The notes under the pieces: generated by a model
What the model was told of the DNA's origin: nothing
The model's database searches: none
The model's input: only the letters and a program-made list of their open reading frames with translations
Shown: positions 6,802-15,130 of the stretch, in pieces
Layout of the letters: each line of letters starts with the position of its first letter
How positions within the stretch are numbered: position 1 is the stretch's first letter
NCBI GenBank assembly: GCA_050246095.1
Contig: JBFWWQ010000001.1
Span: 1 to 45,992 of the forward strand
DNA from: Pseudorhodoplanes sp.
GTDB taxonomy: Bacteria > Pseudomonadota > Alphaproteobacteria > Rhizobiales > Xanthobacteraceae
Direction of reading: 5' to 3'
DNA: 45,992 nucleotides
Translations under genes and position numbers: made by a program

Positions 6802-9665
6802 CTGCGCTTCGACCACCAGCCGAAACGGCGCGGCTTCTCGCCCTCGCCGTTGGTTTCGGCGGCGGCTTCGGGCTCGGGTTGGGCGGGAGCGGGCGGCGCA
6901 AAGGCCGGCGCCTCGTCCGCCGTCCCGAGCATCGGCGCCGGTTCGCGCACCGTGGAGCGGCGGCGCGGTGCCGGTGCGGGGATATCCGCCGGGGGTTGCG
7001 GCGCGGGCGCGGGCGCGGGTGCCGTGTGCGGTGCCGGCTCTTCCGCGGGGCGGAATTCCGGACCCGGCTCGGCATGGCCGCGCATGTCGTCGGCGCCGTC
7101 GCGCTCATAGGGCTGGGCCGCGGCTTCTTCGCGTTCCTCCTGATCCTCGCGCCGGTTGCGGCGTCCGCCGCGGCGGCCGCGCCGGCGCCGGCGCGGACCC
7201 TCGTCGGCGCCTTCGTCATCGCGCGGTTCCGACGCCTCGGCACCGGCATCCGCCTCGACTTCGTCTGCGCCGGATGCGGCCGGATCGAAATCCGCCGCAT
7301 CCGCTTCCGGCGCGGCCGCCGTCGCCGTGTCGTCGCGATCCTCGCGCCGGTGGCGGCCGCGGCCGCCGCGGCGTCCGCGCCGGCGGCGGCGGCCGTCGCG
7401 TTCGCCGCGTCCCTCGTCCTCGCCGGAAGCCTCGCCGTCCGTTTCCGCCGCCTCGTCGCCGGCCGGTTCTAGGGCTTCGCTTTCCTCCGCGTCCTCGTCC
7501 GCCGGGCGCGGCATGGCGCGGTCGAACTGCACCGCCAGCGCGCGTGCCTGCTCGGCGCTCATCACCTGCTCGCCGCGGTCGATGGCATAGGCGGGGATGC
7601 TGGTCAGGGTCGGATCGGTGGTGACGGTGATGGCGACCTTGTAGCGCTCCTCCAGCCCGCGCAGATGCGCGCGCTTGTGGTTGAGCACGTAGATCGCGAC
7701 ATCCGCGCGCGTGCGCGCGATGAGGTTATGCGTCGAGCCGCGCATGAGCGTATCGTCGAGCGCGCGCAGCAATTGCAGCGCGACCGAGGAAACCGAGCGG
7801 ACATGCCCGGTGCCGCCGCAATGCGGGCAGGTCTCCGTGGAGCTTTCCAGCACCGAGGCGCGCAGCCGCTGGCGCGACATTTCCATCAGGCCGAAATGCG
7901 AGATGCGCCCGACCTGGATGCGCGCGCGGTCGTCCTTCAGCGCGTCCTTCAGCTTGCGCTCTACCGTGCGGTTGTTGCGCTTCTCGTCCATGTCGATGAA
8001 ATCGATGACGATCAGCCCGGCCAGGTCGCGCAGGCGAAGCTGCCGCGCGATCTCGGCGGCCGCCTCCGAATTGGTCTTCAGCGCGGTTTCCTCGATCGAA
8101 TGCTCGCGCGTGGCGCGGCCGGAATTGACGTCGATCGCAACCAGCGCCTCGGTCTGGTTGATGACGATGTAGCCGCCCGACTTCAGCTGCACGGTCGGCG
8201 AGAACATCGCGTCGAGCTGCGCCTCGATGCCGTAGCGCGTGAAGATCGGCTGGGTGTCGCGATACGACACGACATTCTGCACATGGCTCGGCATGAGCAT
8301 GCGCATGAATTCCTTGGCCTCCTGGTAGGCGGCGTCGCCCTCGACCAGGATCTCGTCGATGTCCTTGTGGTAGAGGTCGCGGATCGAGCGCTTGATCAGC
8401 GAGCCTTCCTCGTAGACGAGGGTGGGAGCCTGCGAACGCAGCGTGAGATCGCGGACCGTCTCCCACAGCCGCAGCAGGTATTCGAAATCGCGCTTGATCT
8501 CCGCATTGCTGCGGTTGGCGCCGGCGGTGCGCAGGATCACGCCCATGCCTTCCGGCACCTGCAATTCCTCGGCGATCTCCTTCATGCGCCGCCGGTCCTC
8601 GGCGTTGGTCACCTTGCGGCTGATGCCGCCGCCGCGCGCGGTGTTGGGCATCAGCACCGAATAGCGGCCGGCGAGCGACAGGTAGGTGGTGAGCGCCGCG
8701 CCCTTGGTGCCGCGTTCCTCCTTCACCACCTGCACCAGCATCACCTGCCGGCGCTTGATGACTTCCTGGATCTTGTACTGGCGGCGGAAGCGGCGGGTGC
8801 GGTCGGGCACCTCGTCCATCATGTCGGCGTCGCCGCCGACGGATTCCACCACCTCTTCCTCGTGCGCGGCTTCGTCGCCGTTCTCGCCGTTCTCGCCGTC
8901 GCCATTCTCGCCTTCGGCGGTCGCGGCATCCGGCTGCGCCGCGTCGCGCGCCTCACCGGCCTCGGGCGCGACGGTCGCTTCCTCGAACTCGGCAGGCTCG
9001 TCGTCACGGCGGATGAAGGTTTCGATTTCGTGCGCGGGCTCGTCGTGGGCTTCCGCCTCGTGCACGCTCGCGGGCAAAACCTGCTCCTCGAACGGCGCCG
9101 GCGCTTCGGCGGGCGCGGCGTCGCCGTCGTCCGTGTCGTGGGCGGCCGTCGTCTCGACCGTCTCGGTGATCAGCCCGTCCCCGAACGGCGCTTCCGGATG
9201 CGGGGATTCCGCGCCGTCGGCGGGCGCCGTTTCGCCGCTCGCGGCAGCCATTTCGTCGCTCTGCACCGCCTCACCGCGACCGCGGCGACGCTCGGAACCG
9301 CGGTTGCGGTGACGCCGGCGGCGTCCGCCGCCTCCACCGCCGCCGCCGTTACGTTCCTCGTCCTCGTCTTCGCGCTGCGCGCGCTGCTCTTCCTCGATCA
9401 GCGCCTGCCGGTCGGCAACCGGGATCTGGTAATAATCGGGATGGATTTCGGAGAAGGCGAGGAAGCCGTGGCGGTTGCCGCCGTAATCGACGAAGGCCGC
9501 CTGCAGCGACGGCTCGACGCGCGTGACTTTGGCGAGATAGATGTTGCCGCGGAGCTGCTTGCGCGCGGCGCTTTCAAAGTCGAATTCTTCGACACGATTG
9601 CCGCGCAGAACGACCACCCGGGTTTCTTCCGGATGGGTCGCGTCGATCAACATTTTGTTGGCCAT
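6798..9665 (-). CDS. rne: Ribonuclease E
   Basis: MANKMLIDATHPEETRVVV, GNIYLAKVTRVEPSLQAAFV, IDVNSG, DLAGLIVIDFIDM, Zn-link CPHCGG, acidic/Arg-rich disordered tail, C-terminal GWW. Confidence 0.97.
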   Translation of the reverse strand: MANKMLIDATHPEETRVVVLRGNRVEEFDFESAARKQLRGNIYLAKVTRVEPSLQAAFVDYGGNRHGFLAFSEIHPDYYQIPVADRQALIEEEQRAQREDEDEERNGGGGGGGGRRRRHRNRGSERRRGRGEAVQSDEMAAASGETAPADGAESPHPEAPFGDGLITETVETTAAHDTDDGDAAPAEAPAPFEEQVLPASVHEAEAHDEPAHEIETFIRRDDEPAEFEEATVAPEAGEARDAAQPDAATAEGENGDGENGENGDEAAHEEEVVESVGGDADMMDEVPDRTRRFRRQYKIQEVIKRRQVMLVQVVKEERGTKGAALTTYLSLAGRYSVLMPNTARGGGISRKVTNAEDRRRMKEIAEELQVPEGMGVILRTAGANRSNAEIKRDFEYLLRLWETVRDLTLRSQAPTLVYEEGSLIKRSIRDLYHKDIDEILVEGDAAYQEAKEFMRMLMPSHVQNVVSYRDTQPIFTRYGIEAQLDAMFSPTVQLKSGGYIVINQTEALVAIDVNSGRATREHSIEETALKTNSEAAAEIARQLRLRDLAGLIVIDFIDMDEKRNNRTVERKLKDALKDDRARIQVGRISHFGLMEMSRQRLRASVLESSTETCPHCGGTGHVRSVSSVALQLLRALDDTLMRGSTHNLIARTRADVAIYVLNHKRAHLRGLEERYKVAITVTTDPTLTSIPAYAIDRGEQVMSAEQARALAVQFDRAMPRPADEDAEESEALEPAGDEAAETDGEASGEDEGRGERDGRRRRRGRRGGRGRHRREDRDDTATAAAPEADAADFDPAASGADEVEADAGAEASEPRDDEGADEGPRRRRRGRRGGRRNRREDQEEREEAAAQPYERDGADDMRGHAEPGPEFRPAEEPAPHTAPAPAPAPQPPADIPAPAPRRRSTVREPAPMLGTADEAPAFAPPAPAQPEPEAAAETNGEGEKPRRFGWWSKRS

Positions 9666-10216
9666 TGAAAATTCTCATGGCGGCGGGCGGGCGCAAGGCG
9701 CCGCTTGCAGCGCAAGCGGACAGGCGCAGGCGCGCTCCGCCGGATTGACGGTGAAGGGATGAGAGGCCGCGGACGGAATTCGCCGGTGCGCGCGAAACGG
9801 CCGGCGCCGCACGCCGCGCAAACGCGCGGCGGCCGGAACCGGATTTCGACTGCACCTGAACCATGACGTTTCGGCCCCTCGCGGGGCGGCCGCTGCCGTC
9901 GGGGCGCGACCGCCTTTAGTCTTGTTGCCGACGGGTCATGCCGGGCGGAAAGCGGATAGCCCGCCACCTGGCCGCGAGCGCTTTCCTGCAGGAACGCGCC
10001 GTGTGTCCGGTTGCCGTGGGACACGCCTCAATCATTCCCGGGCAAGGCCTCCGCGGCGTCTCCGCCGCCTGCATCGTGGCAGGGGGCTGGAGCGTGAGCC
10101 GCTGGCGCCCGCCGCCTCCGCGTCCGGAACTCAACCGGACCCTGTGCTGTCGAGGCGGGCGTGCCGGATGCCCGAACGCGGTACAACCGGAACCATGTAA
10201 AACCGTCAGCGCATCT

Positions 10217-10245
10217 TTATTAGGCGCGCGGGCCCGGCATGGCAA
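10217..10245 (-). promoter_or_regulatory. Putative sigma70 promoter of rne
   Basis: Minus strand TTGCCA-N17-TAATAA facing rne, ~550 bp upstream of its ATG. Confidence 0.5.
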
Positions 10246-10511
10246 GGGCGGGCAAAAGCTCAAGCAAATGCAGCTTTAGGACAGCCCCGGCGGTCCGTGG
10301 GCAGGGTCGGGGACGCAGAATCGCGGCGAAATGCAGCCGGCCGGCGAAGCCGGGGGAGGCCGCAAGATGACAAAACAATGACCGGCGCGGCCCCATCCCC
10401 AGCGGTATTTCGCGCCGGCCCGCTCGAATTTTGCGGCGGGACCCGCTAGCCTGCGCGCGACTGCAGTCACGCTCCTTGTGTCACGTCAGTCCTTTCAGTG
10501 AGGAGGAATGC

Positions 10512-10880
10512 ATGAGCATTTTCGGAAAGATCATGTCGGCTATTTTCGGAACCAGCGCGAGCGCGCAAACCGCCCCGGGCGGCGTCGGCGGCGGGGCCGC
10601 GGGCGGCGGCGCGCCGATGTCGCAGGTCGACGTCGAGAAGGTGGTTTCCGAGATGGCCGCGAAGAAGAAGGAGAAACTCGATTGGCGCAAGTCGATCGTC
10701 GACCTGATGAAGGTGCTCGATCTGGATTCCAGCCTGAAGGCGCGTCAGGAGCTTGCCAAGGAACTGAAATATACCGGCGACATGAACGACTCGGCCAAGA
10801 TGAATATCTGGCTGCACAAGCAGGTCATGCAGAAGCTGGCCGAGAACGGCGGCAAGGTGCCGGCCGACCTGAAGGATTGA
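10512..10880 (+). CDS. DUF3597 family protein
   Basis: MSIFGKIMSAIFG, LDWRKSIVDLMKVLDLDSSL.AR.ELAKEL, MNIWLHKQVM.KLA.NGG; GAGGAGG RBS. Confidence 0.9.
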   Translation: MSIFGKIMSAIFGTSASAQTAPGGVGGGAAGGGAPMSQVDVEKVVSEMAAKKKEKLDWRKSIVDLMKVLDLDSSLKARQELAKELKYTGDMNDSAKMNIWLHKQVMQKLAENGGKVPADLKD

Positions 10881-10893
10881 TTGCGCAGAATAT

Positions 10894-10937
10894 CAGGGCG
10901 GCGCGGGGTGCCTGCATCCCGCGCCGTCTGCTTTTTT
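10894..10937 (+). terminator. Rho-independent terminator
   Basis: GC-rich stem GGCGGCGCGGGGTGC/GCATCCCGCGCCGTC followed by a T6 run, between convergent genes. Confidence 0.7.
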
Positions 10938-10956
10938 CGGGTTCTCGCAGCGCCGG

Positions 10957-12387
10957 CTACGAAACTTTTTTGACCGGCGGTATCTTCCAGCTGCCGTTGA
11001 TGATCGACGGCGATTTCTCGTTCGGCCAGTACATCCGCAGCATCAGCACGAAGTCGCCGGGAGGTGCGGGCAGCCAGTTCGATTCCTTGTCGGCGCCGGG
11101 CGAGTCCTTCTGGATATAGAGGTCGGTCGAGCCGTCCGGATTGCTCTTGAGCTTCTGGCGCGCGCTGATCGAGTAGCGGTTGATCGGATTGGGAACGAAG
11201 AAATAATCGCTGTTGTACATGGTCAGCGACCAGAACCCGCTGACCGGCGGCAATTGCCCCTTCGGGAAGCGCATGACGTATTTGTGCTCGCCGCTGTATT
11301 TGCGGCGATCGGGATCCCGCTCCGAGGTCGGATAGACGGCGTCCTGCGGCCGGTTGGCGCCGAGCCCGATCGCGGTCACCAGCGCGCGCATCAGATAGTC
11401 GGTGCCGTAGATGCCGGTCTTGGTGGTGAACGACCAGCCATCATGATGGGTGACCGCCCGGTTGACCTTGAATTGCAGCATGATGCGGTCGAACGAGGCT
11501 TCCGGCACGCGCTTGAGGAAATCGGGCTTCAGCTTGCTCGGATCGAAATCCTTGCCGGGTACGATTCCGATGCGTGCGAACTTGGCGAGCTCGGGCGCGT
11601 CGGCGGCGGCGGGCGGATTGGCCTTCATTAGCTCGCACAGGAGCTTGAAATAGGACACCGCATCCATGCGGTTGACCTGTTCGCGCACCGCTGTCTTCAT
11701 GTCGATCGAGGCGTCGACCGTGCCGGCCGGCGGCGTGTAGGGCTTGCCGTAGGAGCTGAGCGGCACCAGCTTGAATTCGTCCTGCAGCTTGTGCACGGCC
11801 GCGTAATCCTCCGGCGTGCCGGTGCAGTAGATGCGCCCGAGCAGCCAGACGATGCTGGTCGGCGACTTGTATTCGGTCACGCCTGCGGGAAGCGTGCCCT
11901 TCCAGCCGGGGCCGGTGATCGCAAAGGTCTGCGCCTTGGTGCCGGTGGTGCGCTTGCCCGGGACCTGGAAGACGTTGGTCCAGCCGTCGAGCATCGGCAG
12001 CAGGAAATAGCGATCCTTCATGTCCGGAACGCTGAGCACCCAGGGCTCCTTGCCGACGTCGAAAAACGCCGTCGTATACAGCGTGTCGGCATTGGGCGCG
12101 GTGACGTCGCGGAACGATGCATCCGGATACTGGCGCAGCTTGATGATCTGGCCCATCGGCGCGCGCGTGCCTACCGGTGCGGCGACATTGGTGATGACGC
12201 GCCGGGTCATTTCCATCGTGACCAGCGGATAGCCGAAGACATAGGCGTCCGACGCCAGCCAGAATTCTTCGAGCCCTTCTCCGACCCCGAAAATCGTTTC
12301 GCGTACGGCGTTGGCCGGGTTGGCCATCGCGCCGGCGGTCAGCAGGCTTGCGCCGCCCAGAGCGGCGGCGCGTCGCGTGAACTTCAT
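10957..12387 (-). CDS. DUF1254/DUF1214 domain exported protein (Tat-like signal)
   Basis: TRR twin-arginine leader; AYVFGYPLV, PNADTLY, LPPV.GFWSLTMY, NWLPAP.G.F.L.LR.YWP motifs. Confidence 0.88.
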   Translation of the reverse strand: MKFTRRAAALGGASLLTAGAMANPANAVRETIFGVGEGLEEFWLASDAYVFGYPLVTMEMTRRVITNVAAPVGTRAPMGQIIKLRQYPDASFRDVTAPNADTLYTTAFFDVGKEPWVLSVPDMKDRYFLLPMLDGWTNVFQVPGKRTTGTKAQTFAITGPGWKGTLPAGVTEYKSPTSIVWLLGRIYCTGTPEDYAAVHKLQDEFKLVPLSSYGKPYTPPAGTVDASIDMKTAVREQVNRMDAVSYFKLLCELMKANPPAAADAPELAKFARIGIVPGKDFDPSKLKPDFLKRVPEASFDRIMLQFKVNRAVTHHDGWSFTTKTGIYGTDYLMRALVTAIGLGANRPQDAVYPTSERDPDRRKYSGEHKYVMRFPKGQLPPVSGFWSLTMYNSDYFFVPNPINRYSISARQKLKSNPDGSTDLYIQKDSPGADKESNWLPAPPGDFVLMLRMYWPNEKSPSIINGSWKIPPVKKVS

Positions 12388-12507
12388 TTTCGTCCTCCAA
12401 AATCAGCGGTCATTATGGTTATAGTCGAGCGATGCAGGGGGCACTCTTTACCAGCACGGCAAATTGGCCGACTATCCGTTTTCTGCATTTGAATATGGAT
12501 TGTCGAC

Positions 12508-13452
12508 GTGGATACATTGCAAGCGGTTTTCGATGACATCGATGCGATGGCTGCGAGCCCGATCGGCTGGAATCAGCAATACGAGCAGATCGGGCGCGGG
12601 AAATTCCAGGGCGCGGTGGCGCAGATCGTCCTGAATTCGATCCAGCTCGGCCGCGTGACCTGGTCGCCCGGCATATTGCAGCGTGGCGCCCCCGCCGAAG
12701 GCGCCTGGGTATTCGGCCTGCCGGTCGCAGCCTCCGGGTCGCTGCATGTGCGCTATCGCCAGGTCGAGCAGGGCGAGATCATCGCCGCGACATCCGACGA
12801 CGATATCGGCTTCGCGGCGACCGGCGACACCGATCTCGTCGTCGCCGTGCTGCCGTTGCCGCTGATCGAGCGCTGGATGCAGGCGAGACGCAAGGGCACG
12901 CCGCTGTCGAAGCCGCACGACACGCGCCTTGCGGTGACGGATGCGCAGTTGCGCATGCGCGCACGCGCGCTTCTCGGCATTCTCAATCAACTCATGGCCC
13001 GCAAGGACGAATTGTCCGCCGGCAATGTGATCGCCGCCATCGAGGCGCAGATTTTCGACATCGTCCTGGCCTCGCTGCCCTCGGCCGAGATCGTGGAGCC
13101 GCTGCATCACCGCGCCCGCATCGCCCGCAACATGCTGGCGATCCTGAAGGAGAGCCTGGAGATTCCCGTCGGCATCGGCGAATTGTGCGAGAAGCTCGGG
13201 GTGGGCGAACGCACCTTGTTCCTGAGCTGTGCCGAGGCGTTCGGCCAGTCGCCGGCGCGCCTGCTCGCGGAATTGCGGCTGAACGCGGCGCGCCGCGCGC
13301 TGTCGCAACCGAAGCCGCAGACCAGCGTGACGCAGGTGGCGATCCAGTACGGCTTCATGCATTTCGGACGCTTCGCGGAAAGCTATGTGCGCCAGTTCGG
13401 GGAATTGCCGTCGGCGACGCTGGCGGAGGCGGGGGCCTGGCGCGGCCATTAG
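12508..13452 (+). CDS. AraC family transcriptional regulator (EutR-like)
   Basis: N-terminal WNQQYEQIGRGKFQG; C-terminal double HTH GVGERTL...RLNAARR.L...SVTQVA..YGF.H.GRFA..Y..FGELPS. Confidence 0.88.
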   Translation: MDTLQAVFDDIDAMAASPIGWNQQYEQIGRGKFQGAVAQIVLNSIQLGRVTWSPGILQRGAPAEGAWVFGLPVAASGSLHVRYRQVEQGEIIAATSDDDIGFAATGDTDLVVAVLPLPLIERWMQARRKGTPLSKPHDTRLAVTDAQLRMRARALLGILNQLMARKDELSAGNVIAAIEAQIFDIVLASLPSAEIVEPLHHRARIARNMLAILKESLEIPVGIGELCEKLGVGERTLFLSCAEAFGQSPARLLAELRLNAARRALSQPKPQTSVTQVAIQYGFMHFGRFAESYVRQFGELPSATLAEAGAWRGH

Positions 13453-13568
13453 GGCATGATCCCGAAATAGTGCCAGCTGTCCGGTTCCCCGTCGGTGCGG
13501 GGATAGGGATCGCGGCCGCACTCCCCGTCACCCGCCGGACACACCGCGCCCGGGCCGGGCCTGCTTGG

Positions 13569-13584
13569 TTAAGAAGCGATTAAC
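13569..13584 (+). promoter_or_regulatory. CtrA-binding box upstream of amiC
   Basis: TTAAGAAGCGATTAAC = TTAA-N7-TTAAC consensus, 45 bp before the amiC start. Confidence 0.75.
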
Positions 13585-13629
13585 CGCCGCCCGATTATTG
13601 GAGTAAGGGGGAAGTCGGGAGGGCGCGAT

Positions 13630-14889
13630 GTGACGGGCCGCTTCGGACCATTGTCGATCCTGGCTGCGGCGCTTATGGGCGCGCTGGCCTGCCTGTCCGC
13701 GACGCCCGCGTCCGCGCAGGCGCCGGAGGCTTTCCCGGTCGCGACCGACGTGCGGCTCGCCGGCGACGAGCGGGAGACGCGCCTCGTCTTCGACCTGACC
13801 CGCCGGGTCGAGATCCGCAGCTTCACGCTCGCCGATCCCTATCGCGTCGTCATCGACATGCCGCAGGTGACCTTCGCGCTGCCGCCGCGCGCGGGGGAAA
13901 CCGGGCGCGGGCTGGTCAAGGCATTCCGTTTCGGACTGATCATGCAGGGCGGCTCGCGCATCGTGCTGGATGCGGCAAAGCCCGTGCGGATCGAGCGGGC
14001 GCAGGTCCTGGATTCCGCGCACGGCCAGCCGGCGCGCCTGGTGCTCGATCTCGCGGCGATCGAGCGCGACGCATTCATGCGCAACCTCGCGCAGGAGAGC
14101 CGCACGCGCGCGCCGCCGCGCGCGTCGGCGCCGGCGCCCGCCGCGTCCCGCGATCCGCGGCCGCTGGTGGTGATCGATCCCGGTCACGGTGGGCTCGATA
14201 CCGGCACCAAGGGCCCCGCCGGCGAGATGGAAAAGACCATCGTGCTGGAATTTGCGGCCCTGCTGCGCGACCGCATTGCGCAGGGCGGCAAATACCGCAC
14301 GGCGATGACGCGCGCCGACGACACCTTCATTCCACTCGGCGAGCGGGTGCAGTTCGCGCGCGACCGGCAGGCGGCCCTGTTCATTTCCATCCATGCCGAC
14401 TATCTCGCGCGCTCGGAAGGCGATGCCCAGGGCGCGACCGTCTACACGCTGTCGGAGACGGCGACCGATTCCGACGCCGCGCGCCTTGCCGATGCCGAGA
14501 ACCATGCCGACGTGATCGCGGGCCTCGACTTGTCGCAGGAGCCCAACGACGTGGCCGGCATCCTGATCGATCTCGCCCAGCGCGAGACCAAGTCGTTCTC
14601 CAGCCATTTCGCCCGCACGCTGGTGTCGGAGATGAAGAGTTCGGTGCGGCTGCACCGCAATCCGCTGCGTTCGGCCGGCTTTCGGGTCTTGCGCGCCCCC
14701 GACGTGCCCTCGGTGCTGGTGGAACTCGGCTATGTCTCCAACAAGGACGACCTGAAACTGCTCAATTCGGTGGAATGGCGCGCGCGCGCCGCCGACACCA
14801 TCGCGGCGGCGGTCGGCCGCTTCTTCGCCAGCACCCGCGCTTCCGCCAGCCCGGTCTCGGTCGCGACGCCCGCGTCGCCGCGGCGTTGA
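13630..14889 (+). CDS. amiC: N-acetylmuramoyl-L-alanine amidase (AMIN + Amidase_3)
   Basis: Signal peptide, DPYRVVIDMP AMIN motif, VIDPGHGG, FISIHAD, SVLVELGY; synteny with mrcA. Confidence 0.92.
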   Translation: MTGRFGPLSILAAALMGALACLSATPASAQAPEAFPVATDVRLAGDERETRLVFDLTRRVEIRSFTLADPYRVVIDMPQVTFALPPRAGETGRGLVKAFRFGLIMQGGSRIVLDAAKPVRIERAQVLDSAHGQPARLVLDLAAIERDAFMRNLAQESRTRAPPRASAPAPAASRDPRPLVVIDPGHGGLDTGTKGPAGEMEKTIVLEFAALLRDRIAQGGKYRTAMTRADDTFIPLGERVQFARDRQAALFISIHADYLARSEGDAQGATVYTLSETATDSDAARLADAENHADVIAGLDLSQEPNDVAGILIDLAQRETKSFSSHFARTLVSEMKSSVRLHRNPLRSAGFRVLRAPDVPSVLVELGYVSNKDDLKLLNSVEWRARAADTIAAAVGRFFASTRASASPVSVATPASPRR

Positions 14890-15130
14890 AGCCTCGGCCG
14901 GGCGGCAGGCCAATGGCCGAGTATCCGGCCGGACGCCGCGTTCGGTTCCCGGTCGCAGGGCGCGCGGCCCGCGCGGTCCGGTGGTGGGGCGGGGGCCTCA
15001 GTTTGACCATAAAATGCAGGGAGAGGGGACCGGCGGCTGGTCGCAGGTTGCGCCTTCCTGTAAGGATATCGGGGATTCGAGGGGCTTCAGCCGTCGCCGT
15101 CGCGGCGGCCCCGCGGAGCGGTTTCTGGCC

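Noticed and set aside
7665-9668. 667-aa ORF antisense to rne (likewise 14762-17422, 22909-26199, 31204-33672, 37907-40489, 43634-45268)
   Set aside because: Shadow ORFs of high-GC codon bias opposite well-supported genes; no recognisable motifs
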